Assembly (NCBI RefSeq): GCF_964204645.1
Contig: NC_134026.1
Coordinates: forward strand, 3,061,950 to 3,125,949
Source of the DNA: Tubulanus polymorphus
Taxonomy: Eukaryota > Animalia > Nemertea
Direction: 5' to 3'
Length of the DNA stretch: 64,000 bases
In this document: positions 26,201-38,998 of the stretch, piece after piece
Layout: every line of letters begins with the position of its first letter
Position numbering within the stretch: the stretch's first letter is position 1
The notes under the pieces: model-generated
What the model was told of the DNA's origin: nothing
Databases searched by the model: none
What the model saw: only the letters and a program-made list of their open reading frames with translations
Program-made: the position numbers and the translations under genes

Positions 26201-28997
26201 ATGACTGGAACCAAAAACAACAATCAAAATACAATGGTCGATATACAGCTCGGTGAAATATCAAGAGATGGAAAAATCTCGAGGTAATTTCAAATGATTG
26301 GTTTTTTGTGCCAAAAAAAATCCACCTAAGTCTTGCAGGGAGGTGAATGATTTTCTTCTTTATTTTTTAGACCCAACGCCCAAGAAAATGGAACGCATTG
26401 CGCGATTAACCAAACACCAGATATCTCAGTCCAGTCGACGGAAAGCAGTGATCACATCGATTTAGCTGTGCCTGTAAGTAATCATTTTTTAGCCATAAGC
26501 ATTTACAGGGGAAAGCATCGTCAGACCTGCACCATAATAGTTGTATTAACAATAGTACTTAGAGTTAGTTTTTCAGCATGATTTTGATACAAAATGACTA
26601 TGTATTTCATTCTTTAATTAAAGCCTACCAGTTGGATCAAACAGGTATATAGGACAATAGTTAGTTACCTAATCGTTGGTGGTAAGCTTTTTATAATTGG
26701 ATGGGTTGTGTGGTTTGTCAAAATATCCGATCGTGAAACTAAACCACAGTCAGGTTACTGACTAGTTATGGATCAGGTGTCATTCATTTCATACGTACAC
26801 AAAACGTCTGCAATTGCCAGGCGAACGAAAATCTTGTTTGCGTGCAATAGCAAATTGTTGCAAGCACAGAAACCCAAGTTTGACAAAGGTATTATATTTC
26901 TCACGTGACTCGGCCTTGCCTGTCTCATATGAGCTTCACTGAAAAAAGAAAGGCCTACCGGTACACTAATAATTACCATTAATTGATGTATTGTTGTAAA
27001 ATGTTATTCATTTGTGTGTTAATCGAGCCCACTCAATAAACAGCCGCAGCAAAACCCATTAACTCTAACAATAAACAACTAAGGTTGTTACAAATGATTA
27101 ATTTCATTAAAAAAAAATGTACCAACCCCAACTGTTGCATACAGATTCTATACATATATATACAATAATACACCTATTAATAAGATAAAAACCCACTATT
27201 TACAAATTAAAAGAAATCTAAAATCGAGAATTAATTAATTGAAACAATCTAAAATATAAGAAAACGATGTTTCGATCTCACACTAGAGATCATCGTCACG
27301 TGTTATAGTGGGTTTTTATCTTATCATCTGTTCACCATGTTTGAGTGTGGTTATCGTACCAATACACCTAAATAAATCTGTAACTCAGAGAATTGACCAT
27401 ACCTTATACGTGCGTACATGATAAATGAATTACCCCTCAGTATGTACATACTGATTGATTCTGAGCTAATATAAGAATTTCAATTTGTTTTAGATTGTCT
27501 ATAAGCAAATAATGGAGAAACTTGTCTATTTGATATCGGTAATAACCCTTATAGTGTTAGCTTATGGCGTATCAGCTAAACAATGGATAGTACCGTACTA
27601 TTACGCAATAGCTACTCCATTCTTACTGAGCATAAGAATAATTATGTATGTGTAAGTATTCTTGAGGCTTATTTTGAAATCGTTATGAAATCTTTGAAAT
27701 TACATACAGCATCAGTTTCATTTGTTGATTGTCTCTCAACTCATTTCATCTTTAAGGCGCATTATTATATCAATAGTAAATATTGTTTCAATGGTTCGCT
27801 TGCTGTATATTTCAGGAAATGGAAATGGCACTTCTTTTTAATAGATTTCTGTTATTTCTGTAATACATTCTTATTCATATTTATCTGGTAAGTTCAGTAG
27901 TCTTAATGATAATTTCGGTTACTGGAATCGATCTTTTCAAATTGATGAATTCATGAGTAGCAGGTTCAAACTGCGGGATTGTTGTTTATTTTTAGGGCTT
28001 GTCCATATCATGCAGATGTGTTTAGCGTTGTATTCGGTATGGCTAATGGACCTCTTATATCGGCTGTAGTCATATTTCGTAATTCTCTTGTTTTCCATGA
28101 TATCGACAAACTGATCTCCACGTATATACACATTCTACCACCGTTTCTGACATTCTGGTATGTAAGAATATGGCCGCCGATGATTAAGGTAATAGATTGC
28201 TTTCTCTATAATACTGTGACTGATATTTCTTGTTTCAGTATCCGGTGGTATCCAGAAATCACCTCAGCGTTTTGGTATGATTCATTCGTACCAAAGTTTG
28301 GTGAACCATCATTCCTATGGTTGGTAGCCGTTCCCCTTGCGTGTTTTGTCAGTCACGGGGTAAGTTATTTCATTTTTGCGGATTAGAGATTTGATTCTGT
28401 AAGTGAAAACTGGTATTGATTCACTGGTGATTTATATTTATATAGATTATATATTTCATTGTGGTGCGTCTGATAATCAAACCAAACGAGGAATACCTCG
28501 ATTCATTCCAATTTTTGAGCAGCAAGGAAAATACTTGGACGTCAAAATTGTTGAATTGTGCTGGTCCTAAGTAAGTAACACATCTTTTGAAACCTGGGAA
28601 ACATCGAAGAAAAACCCACAATATGAAGAAAAAACTACAAGAGTATTTGAAATTTGAGAATCAGTTTTAAAAACGGCTCATAGAAATGTCTCTTGAAACC
28701 AACTGAAAAATCAAGGATTTTGTTGTGTACTGTAAACTAACTACCTAACTTTCCTAGTATTATACTCAGCATTTCAATCTGTATTTCAGGGGTAAAATCT
28801 GGTTATTTCTCATGTATAACTGGCTAATGGGATTGTTCACTACATTGCTCACGCGTCTGTGGTACGAATATTTCATCGCTCATTGTTGTCTGCTCAGCGT
28901 TGCTGTCATCGTCGTCACGTGGAACGGAGGCACGTTTTACCTGGATGTATTCAGTCGTCGTGATAGTAAAAAATCAAATAAAGTTATTGATTTATGA
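26201..28997 (+). CDS. GPC1: Glycerophosphocholine acyltransferase 1 (Gpc1/GPCAT family), 8 coding exons
   Basis: Exons 26201-26283, 26371-26473, 27494-27652, 27816-27887, 27996-28157, 28239-28359, 28446-28570, 28790-28997 join in frame. Motifs KWHFFLIDFCYFCN, GPLISAVVIFRNSLVFHDIDKLISTYIHILP and WNGGTFYLDVFS match the Gpc1 family. Confidence 0.82.
26658..26765. mobile_element. Short MITE-like interspersed repeat, copy 1
   Basis: Similar to 47066-47180; imperfect terminal inverted repeats tagttagttacct / aggttactgacta. Confidence 0.65.
27167..27370. mobile_element. Penelope-like retroelement fragment with inverted segment and degenerate hammerhead core
   Basis: Direct flanks aatacaccta at 27167-27176 and 27361-27370; inverted repeat aagataaaaacccactat / atagtgggtttttatctt; minus strand reads gTGACGA-t-GATCTC-tagtgt-GAGATC-GAAAC. 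Confidence 0.55.
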
Positions 28998-29630
28998 TCG
29001 ACTGATCTTGCACATGGTCCCTACTACTCCTTCAAAACTGAAAATACTTTTAAAAGGTGCTTGGAACTTCCTTTAATTCGAAAGAAAAATTCCCAAAACT
29101 CCTTCAATTTTCAGAAATAGGCAATTTTAGAAATTTTTGTCTAGTTTGTAGTTGTACAGTAGACTACCCCTTTGAAAACTTGATAGAAATTTGCTTACAA
29201 AACCATCGAATCAATGGTTTATGAAGATAAACAGTGCCGCTTTCGAAGGAGCCTACAGAAATAGGGATGAGAAAGTGATGCAAGGGCTTCCTCGAAATTT
29301 CTCCTTCAAAACTTATATCCAGGAATGACTGATCTGTAGGGAGCCTGTTTGTTATACAATGCAGGCGTAAATGTTTGCTGTAATAATCTGTGTTGATGTT
29401 TGTGTAGTTTTGCTGTGTGTAGTTAGATCAGTGATCATAATCACTTGAAACTATTTCTAGTCTCAATCGAAGTCAGTGATCCTAAAAGCAAGAATAAGCA
29501 TTTGTCCACATTTTACATACATATCATATAGGTACGGTACTTCGTGCTTATCAGACAGAATGATGAAATATTTTTATCTTCTTATGCATTGATGAGTCAA
29601 AAGGAAACATATCTCCAATCTTATATTTAC

Positions 29631-29875
29631 CAGGGTCCGATCTAAGCACTTGTCCGATTGCCCGGGACAAGTATATTATCAGGGCAAGTAGGTTATCATT
29701 TATCACCTGTCCCCCGGGCTAGTGCAATTTCAAGTCTCAAAGCTTTTTTTCCCACTGGATACAACGGATGATAATGCCACCAATCAGACTGCCTGTTTAG
29801 GGCAAGAAGCAGAAGGGAAATTTCAGATATGCTTGCCCCCGGGCAAGTGGCTTTCATTGCTTAGATCGGACCCTG
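29631..29875. mobile_element. Non-autonomous DNA transposon (MITE) with perfect 18-bp TIRs
   Basis: CAGGGTCCGATCTAAGCA ... TGCTTAGATCGGACCCTG; tttac on both flanks; internal ttgccc..gggcaag subterminal motifs. Confidence 0.8.
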
Positions 29876-31169
29876 TTTACTGTGCTAAAAACCATATAAT
29901 TTTGTCGGACAGTCATATTTAGTTCATTAACGATCTCTTAAATTAGAAAATACTGCAGCTCATGATATATCGGTATGGTCTCGTGTCTTTCAAACAACGG
30001 TAAAATTGTGATCTGTCTATTGCGTAACGATCAAATATCAACGTTTCTTTTATATTTTAGTATTTTTTGTGCAATATATACCTTGTTTTCTGTTGTCATA
30101 TTGTTACTTAACCGTGTTAAGAGATTTCTAAATTATATCAGAACGTCTTGCTTTATTAAAATGGACCCCATTTTTACATTTGATTTAAAATTATTATCAA
30201 GTACTTAAAAGTACTTGAGTATACGTATTACTGGGTGAATTTATTTAAAAGCTATTTGTTTTTATTTGGCTGTTATGTTATCTTTTTGTACATTTCTCTA
30301 TCTGGTTAGATCTTGATAATCGACACCTGGTACTTCAATAAAGGCATCTGTCGCATATTGTATATTTTTCCTTGTTGAATTGAAGGGGATTCCGCATTTA
30401 GTGGTCCATCTGTGGATTGAAATAAAATCGTTTTAGCATGTCATCGAAATCAAAAAGAAATCAAACAATAAAACAGATATTTCTAATGATTATTTAATAA
30501 AAAATTTGATATGTACACAAATCATAGAACATGCTCTATATAGTAAACAAAGTAAAATAATTGCATCATTACTATAAATAAGGATATACATGTGTAATAA
30601 CAGAAATATTTTTTCACAGTAAATAAGTGAAATGATATGTCGTAATCGAGGAATAACATAAGAATCGATACACAGACTTCACGATGAATGTAGCTCAATT
30701 TGCTAAATCGTTATTGAATAAGTTAATATCAGAATATTATGGTAAGATGAAGTAAGACATTTTTATACGAATTGTCATGTGATTATGAGCAAACATTTGA
30801 TTATGTATAAAACCTACATAGTAAAACAATAAGCTTACCGAGAGCCGATTTGCACAGCAAAGACTTTTTAAGTCACAATCAGCGAAAGCTCAATTTTTTG
30901 AATTTTCAAAATTTCTAAGGCCCTTTTCTGACATACATTGTAAAGTATAGCGTAGGACTGAGCCAACATATTTTATATTAATCTATTAATATAGATATTT
31001 CCAAATATATTCCCAACTGTTTCAACATGAAAAGCTAATCAAATTACTACAAATTTAACTATCAAAATTGGACCGCACGACATGTAAGTATAAAGCTAAC
31101 ATCTTTGAGACGTAAACATTCAAAGCCAAATATTGTCTTTATGCAAAGTGAAGAAGTTTTAGAACTCGA

Positions 31170-34100
31170 TTAACAGAATGTTGCCCCAGGATTGGCTGGT
31201 AAAAGTTCCTGGAACTCGCTCAATGCTTTCACCGGTTCGATTTTCTTCAATCTTGTGCTGCGTCTGATCTTAGCTCGGATTTCTTCCGGATTCTCGCGAC
31301 GAACTAATGGCTTCTTTTCCGGAGCTTTCATACGCCACAAAACAACCGGGGACTGAAATCATCATTAAAACATAAATATATTGATCATCAAATCAAATAA
31401 CAGTACACAATGGTTTATGTTTGTAAAGTACGGGGTATTTATCTTACCTTATGATTGGCAGATCTGTATTTGGTTGAAGCAACATAACTAGCTTTCACGA
31501 CTAAAACGACAGCGTTCATCAAATTCTTTGCCGATTGAATCAATGATGTTGCACTATCCAACTGTAAGATTGCAATCAAATGATGAATATCACATTTTTC
31601 ACAAAAAAAGCCACATAAGGCTGGTAATCGATTCGAGAATTAACGGAAATGAATTTCAATGTAAAACATACCCCAGATACAATCAATTCTCCACTGATAT
31701 TCTGTACGTCTGCCTTCACTTTACTCGTTATATTCAGCTGATGACAGTATAAAGCTATCCGCTGAAGATAAGCTATCAGATCTTTCTTCGGTTCCGAGTC
31801 TGGACACTGTAAAATAGACGAATTAAAGATTACATTTAATTCGAACACTGATGCTTAAACACGCAAGAGAATATCGAAATGACTTACTGGCTCAGCAATA
31901 GCGCGAGCGAGTTTATCGAGTTTAGATCCAGCTTCAGAAATCTTCTTTGCAGCATTAATTACATCCATAGTATTCTTAAGTGGGCCACGTCCTCTGCAAA
32001 TACACAAATATAGGACTGAAATTATGGAGACTGAATAAATCAAGCTACAGTAGACTCTGTATACATCAGAAATGAATTCTGAGAATATATAACAAATTTC
32101 TCACTGACTCCAATTCATCGCGGCTGCCCCAGAATTTATGTACTGGTACCTCAAAAAGATTATATTAGTCCCGTGAGGTAAAATGCTATGTATTCAGTAA
32201 AAGTAACTTACCTTGTGAAATCCGTCATTTCCATCATAATCATACACATCTGTTTCGCGAGAATAATGATATCATTACCACGTTCATCCCATTTACCAAT
32301 CTCCTGATCTAACTTACGTTTTTCAACTCTGAATACAAAACAACAAACACCAATTAGGCTACAATATCAGTTTAAACATTCAAGATAAATGACAACCGGA
32401 TATCAATTTCTACGCACCTGAAAACTTCAAATTGTTGTTGAATTTTTGTTTTCTCCTCTTCAGGTAATTGTCTCATCATATAACGATCCGTATCTTTATC
32501 GTCGTATTCACCCATCTGCGCGCTCGCTACATAAAATATCAACATTCCCACAATTACAACCTCGGATTCAACGTTCATTCAGAAATCTATTCACTTCATG
32601 AATTGAACTTACATCTGCTACGCATGTCATAATCGTAATAACTTTGTTCGTCTTCATAAACAACATCATCTTCACTATCTAGTTCCTCAGGGTCCTAAGA
32701 ATTATACATATATAATTAACAAACGTTCGAACTCACAACTTAACTATCAGCTGCACACATTGATTACCAGGCATTTTTCTGGCATTCAGGCATAGATACA
32801 GTATAATGATACTTTGGCTAACCTATGAGTAACTTCTAATTCAGGGATGACTGAAGAGGCTCTCACATAATATACGTATCAAGGAATTCATTTTCATTAA
32901 TGTTTCAGGCACACTGTCAACTACCGGTACTAATTATTTCATCCAAAGAAAGGTTCATCTTTAATATCATGAATCACTGACAGCAAACCTTTTTCAGGTT
33001 GTGTTTTGTTGTTACCAATGACAGACAGATGGCCAATGTGATGAAACTTACCCGATTCAATAATACAGCTCTTCTGATATCTCGAACTCCATCGTACATC
33101 ATACGTGCAGCACCAATGAATTCATTTTCATCAACGTTTCTGTTAGATGTTAATCCATCTACGGCTACTTCAACTTGTTCAGCAAACGTTGGAATATCTG
33201 CATAATGATCAATTACGAATAATAGAATTCATTCAAACAAATTCATGCAAATGAAAAGTATGAAATTCTAATGCTTTTACATTGATCTCTAAGTTTGACT
33301 ACTTCATCCATAACACGCTCTGTGTATGGACCAGGTTCGTAGTTGTCCATTTCAGCAGCTACAACATTAACAACTCTAGCAGAACGGCCTCTAATAGCAC
33401 CAGCTGTCCTGTCCAATGTGTCCATATCCTTCTCATGTAAAGCGTACACACATTTGTGCACATCCTCCAAAATATGTCCCTCTTTAAACAAGTAAAATGA
33501 AATAGATTAAAAGAACATTAAAACATGAGGATTTAGTATTTGTAGATGAGGAGGCACACAGTTGCAGAACTAAATAATAGCAGATCGGTTACAATATATT
33601 TCTTCATCGACTCTATTTACTGGTATATTCTTACCTGATACAGCTAGGAAGTCATCGATAGTCGTGATATCATCAACTGCCTCTGTAAGCAGACGAACTT
33701 GTTTCTCCCAGGCATTCTTGAACACATCCATATTTTCCTGTGCAACTTTCGAATTTGGTCGAGCGGCAAGAACGCGAGCGGCATTTATCACTTGAGGACA
33801 CAGATCTTCAATTTGAGAGGCCGCCAAACGAACACATTTCACACCTTCTTCGTCATTCGACATCGAACATGCCAGATTAGCAATCTACAATTTCATAAAT
33901 GTAAGTGCTTATTATTGTGAAATTACAGAGATTTTTAGACATCCTCTATATTGATGTTATCAATTCAGATACCTCAACAAGTTTGTTGGCGTGTTCAGCG
34001 AACACTTGAGCATACTCCTCAACAGTATCTTGTTGCCCTTTTGAGGCTGCTTCGACCAGAACTAACAGCGGTACGTTCGTCTCCAAAAACGAATCAGAAA

Positions 34101-36752
34101 CATGATCCACAACTGCTTTCTTCAACTGTTTACGTAGTCCTCTAGTCTTCTGACACATATTTTCTATCGCCTGGTCCAATGATTCGCTTGGTTTTGGGTT
34201 GCCAGCCTACAAAATAACGTTCATTACAGATGAATTCATGTAAATAAATGATATCTATGTCACTCAAATAGCTGTATATAACTATAAACATTCAATATTG
34301 GTACTCCTTTCATCATGGCATTTGTAATTTTGGTTTTATTGAATACTGATATAGGTATGAAATGGTGCAGGCATCACTCATTTTTGAAGGGAAAAGGTTT
34401 TGGGTTTTAATCATAAACATAACATTTGTGGATAGAATACTAATAAATTGTGAGTCGTAATGAAACATATTACATACAGTTGTAGAATAAGATTTTAGTA
34501 TTTTGAACATTATAATCAGATACAATTTTGCGGGGACATGCGGTTAATATGGTCTTAGTGTAATGGATAATAATTTCAAATATGTTGCTCAAATTTTTGT
34601 ATTTTACAAATTCATAAAATCACACGCTTTGTAGTTGTATGCCATGCCCAACATGCAATGAAATTGATCACAGGTACCTTGCGTATAGGTCTCTTCGTCT
34701 GTCGACACTGTTAAGTTAAGATTATACATGGCTTAAATCATTGCGCGATTTTGGTGACACAAGTCACTCTCAGTCATTCGCACAAATTTAGGAATAGATA
34801 CTGAATAAATGAACATCATAATTTCACATAGTGTATTACAATGTATTCAATTCACCTGTAGAAGGATGCTAGTTTTCAACCATAAGGTTTCTAGTCTAAA
34901 GAAACTTGAAATTCTAAATGTGGAATTCAAAATAAAATTCTCATATTTACATTGTTCATATACTCAGTGAGTAAATCTTGTAAAGCCTGTCTGACTGCGT
35001 TACATTCTTGTACGATACGTTCTCGTCTCTCATCACGAGTACTCGTTGAGTCTGCCATCAACGCCGCTCCGCTGATAATACTCTCCAGACGTTCCTCCAA
35101 CGACGGCCGAGAACGAACTTCGTTGTAAGTCGCTGGATCCATGATGATCTTCTCCTGCAATACGCCGAAAGATAATCCATTACAGATGGAAATGCTACAT
35201 AGAACTGGCTATAAAAATTACAATCGAAGATCCACTAGGTATAATGAATGAGGACAGTCCTTCACTAGTACAATATACGTAGGTAAGAATCTTATTCAAA
35301 TTCTATTCAAAATATCTAAAATTTCCATTTAACTACACGCAGTTTTATCAAGAATGCATGACTTTTAGAAACCATCTATTTGGAAAACTGGTTCAACTGT
35401 CAAACCAAGTTATATGATTTCGAGACTAACATCGAATTCATCAAGAGCAGCAGCGAGTTCCCCGATTCCTTCATACGGATGAGCTTCAGATTGACCCGTA
35501 GCCTCAGCAACTCCGTGAATTGTGTTTACAGCATCGCAGACTTGTTTATAAGCATAGTCCCTGTTAGACCTGGCTGCAGCTAACTCTGGATGCCTGATAT
35601 AAGCCTGAAAAAAAAATTCAACGGAGAAACCATGAAAAATGATGATGTGCACACGTCACTTAAGTTGATCATTTCTCTTTTAACAGACTAATAAGGATAT
35701 GGTATTATTACCTTGGATGTAGTAAGCAACATCATGCTGTTTTTCTTCAAAGTAGCCCTAGCAGCTGCCAGATCATCGCGTCGTCTCGGATCCTTCAAGT
35801 CATTCTGTCTACGTCCCGCGGCGTCGGAGAGTTCCATGACGTTCTGCCCGAACTGACGGAAAAACTGCATCAATTCCTGCTGATTCCGGGCATTTTTGAT
35901 GTGATCTAAATCATCTTCAACCTGCAGTAAAATAAACATCAACTCAAATCACATAACTTATACATGAACACAATCATTAACTAAGATAACTATTTCTAAT
36001 TGGCATCGGAGTGGAATTTCAAAAGATTTTTTCTAATTATCTCATGCACCTTAATCAGCACTGTGGAACTAGGACCTTAATAAGAGCGGGGAGCTTTAAT
36101 TTAATAGGAGATGAAAGAGAGAGAGAGAACAGCTTACATGTTTTAAATTCTCCAACAAGACGTGAACATCGACCATATCAGCCAGAATGAGCAGACGTGT
36201 AACTGAAGAGAGTAACGCGCGAGCAGCACGAACCATTGCTCCACGTTTCATCGATGAACAAGGATCAGCAGCAAACTCTTCCGATGCTACTCTCATTTGT
36301 TCCCCTGAAGAAAGGAATAACGAGAGAAAAATCAACTACCGGTACCTGTTACTCACAAAACAGGGTTATCTGAACACGTACCAGTTTTACGGACATCATC
36401 TACAGCCGCTAACATGTGATCACGGATATCAGGATTTTCTAAAGCAATTTCTTCTCCTGCGATGATGAAATTCTCTGTAGCTTTCTGTACGGCGGCGCTC
36501 AAAACGTGAGCTTTCTTTGAACGGCCTTTCTTCTTCTTGTATGGGCCTTTTTGATTGACCAGCGTAGTGACCTTAGAATGAGATATATATCATCAATGAT
36601 CAGTGTTTAAATGAAGAGTTTCTACTTCTCACTACCAGTAACCCAGTAATACTCACTTGTGTGACTAGGGGTTCTAATGTTTTCTCAACAGACTTCGTCC
36701 GGATCTCCAGATTTCTAGGATCCCATCGCATTTCAATTTTTCCGGTAGTCAT
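31170..36752 (-). CDS. CTNNA: Alpha-catenin, multi-exon
   Basis: RWDPRNLEIRTKSVEKTLEPLVTQV, RAARALLSSVTRLLILADMVDV, VVDHVSDSFLETNVPLLVL, WDERGNDIIILAKQMCMIMMEMTDFTRGRGPLK, VLWRMKAPEKKPLV; TAA at 31172-31170. Confidence 0.97.
34678..34707 (-). CDS. Candidate 30-nt alternative microexon of alpha-catenin (CRQTKRPIRK)
   Basis: cttaacttaacAG|TGTCGACAGACGAAGAGACCTATACGCAAG|GTacct; phase 0/0 matches the flanking exons (YMNN | AGNPKP); no stop codon. Confidence 0.6.
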
Positions 36753-37269
36753 TCTAAAAATCCAAATAGGCCTAATTAGATCATCATTCAATTGTATAAC
36801 TTTGTTCTTCAACTCTCTAAGGTTTAAGTTTAAGATGCCTCAAATCAATCCGATTTAATCTAAGTAAAAGATGGTGCGTCAGCTTAAAGCCTAGCCCTGC
36901 CTATTCATATGCTGGCTGGGTGTGGTGACAGAAAAATGTTATTAGGCCTATTTAGTCCTAGAGAATTAGTCACCAGATGATCTAGAATTTTAAAAGCTTG
37001 ACTTTAAGGGTTTAAGCTAGGCCTATCTGATATCAAAACCTTAAAATATGCTAAGGGGGATGAAAAGTTAGGCTCGTATGAAATTACGTTTAAAAGTGTT
37101 TCATGGATTGAAAATAAACTTAATTTACTTTGACTTTTTTCTAATAAAATAATAACATTTGAAGTAAACAATCAATTGAACAATTAATCCCTGAAAGCTT
37201 ATTGATACAGAGTTTATCCTTGCTTTGATTTAATCAGCAAAATCTTATAAAGCGTTCGTAAATACCTAC

Positions 37270-37525
37270 TTTTAAGCCAAATCCGTTCAAATAATGGCCA
37301 AAAATGATCGGAATTCCCCAGTTATTTGGCTCTTCCGATGATATTCTTATTACCCTCTGTGTTTAACTGATTCTAAACTCGATACAGCGGGAGGAAAAAC
37401 CCGGAAGAACAGCCACATCCCAAACCAGGAAGTAACTCGCCCCGAATTACATGGAACACAAGTAAAAGTCGTCTTTATTTCTCATTTATCCACCGTTTGC
37501 TGCGTGATAGACTGTTATTGTCACA
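37270..37525. promoter_or_regulatory. Probable bidirectional promoter shared by alpha-catenin and ARPC3
   Basis: Head-to-head genes; ETS-type motifs ccggaag (~37402) and caggaagt (~37427); minus-strand 5'UTR exon donor near 37270. Confidence 0.55.
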
Positions 37526-38998
37526 ATGCCGGTAAGGATATATTTAATGGTATCGCTTGTTATTGTAGTAGACATTCATGTAGGATCACAGAAGGATAGA
37601 AGTGTAGTTTTTTCCTATCATTTATTGACATTTCTACCTACCTACACTTACGCCACCTGTTGGCAAAAGTTGATTTAGACTATCTGTCACTTTTCTATTG
37701 AGATGTTCAATCATTTAATCACTTATTTTCAATTCATACTCTCACTGGCGTCCTCTTTCATTGTTTCTGCATCATTACATAATACATAACCCTTTAGCAC
37801 TAAATTCCCTTACATCAGATCACCACACCTTGTCTAAAGCACCTCTTTCTACTTTGCAACCACTAGGCTACTCACTCATTTCTTTAAATTGTTTTTTTCA
37901 GGCTTATCATTCTAGTTTGTCTAGTCCGCTTTCGGCGGCGAAAATGGCTATTCTGCCATTAAAAACCAAATTCAGAGGTCCAGCCCCGCCAGCTTCTGGG
38001 AGTGGTAAGATATCTATTAGATTTGTGCTATAATTTGTTCTTAGCGGCAGTGAAATCAATGGTGATTTGAACATTAAATTTTCAGATTTTGATATCATCG
38101 ATGAGGCGTTGTCTTTCTTCAAAGCTAATGTGTTCTTCAAGAACTATGAAATTAAGGTACGTACGTAAAAACAAGCGCACATTTAATTTATCAAGCAGTA
38201 TCCGTTAATCCACTTAATCACATTTTTCATAATTTCAATCAATTCTATTTTTATACAGAGTGAAGCTGATAGAACTCTTATCTATGTGACACTGTACATT
38301 ACGGAATGCCTGAAGAAACTTCAAAAAGTAAGTAAACCCTTCACCGCCAATGTATTGGCAGTTTTGATGCTAGAGATGAGTTGATATTTCTGAAATGTTT
38401 TCAGTGCCAAACAAAAAATGATGGATCCAAAGAAATGCTTACCATGGCTATAGCTGCATTTGACATTCCTGGTGAACAAAGATTTCCATTGAATGCTTTA
38501 TATGGTAAAGCACAAGACAGAGCGGAAGGTGGTACGTACAAACCCTCTGTACTGTTTACTAAGTAAAGCCCGACTTAATACGCAGTAGCGGTGTCGGTAC
38601 CCCATTGCATTGTTACCATGGTATTTGTCCACAAGTTATCTCTAACCAACTTTTGACCAACTGGCTCATCTATACAGTCCAGACGCGCTGTTACGATTGC
38701 TGTTCGTTGCAATAATCAAATTTCAAATTCGTATTTCAGATTTGTTGCGGTCCTATCTCATTCAATTGCGACAAGAAACAGGTGCGAGGGTAGTTGAAAA
38801 AGTCTATGATCCAGTTACAAACAAACCTAGCAAGGTACTGAATCAAGTGATGTTTTAATCCTCATTAGTCTCTGCTGCTGCTGTCAATTTGACGAATTGA
38901 CTAAATCACTGTATACATTTGTTTCTTCATTTCAGTGGTGGATGTGTTTCGTAAAAAGGAAGTTTATGGATAAAAGTTTATCTGCTCCTGGTCAATAG
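37526..38998 (+). CDS. ARPC3: Arp2/3 complex subunit 3 (p21-Arc)
   Basis: MP|[38 protein letters not shown]|[46 protein letters not shown]. Confidence 0.97.

Noticed and set aside
26658-26765. Helitron interpretation of the CTAG-ending repeat
   Set aside because: The two ends are imperfect inverted repeats of each other, which fits a MITE better.
32830-32852. Second alpha-catenin microexon candidate in the P-linker intron
   Set aside because: The phase-0 reading hits TAG and the donor is weak.
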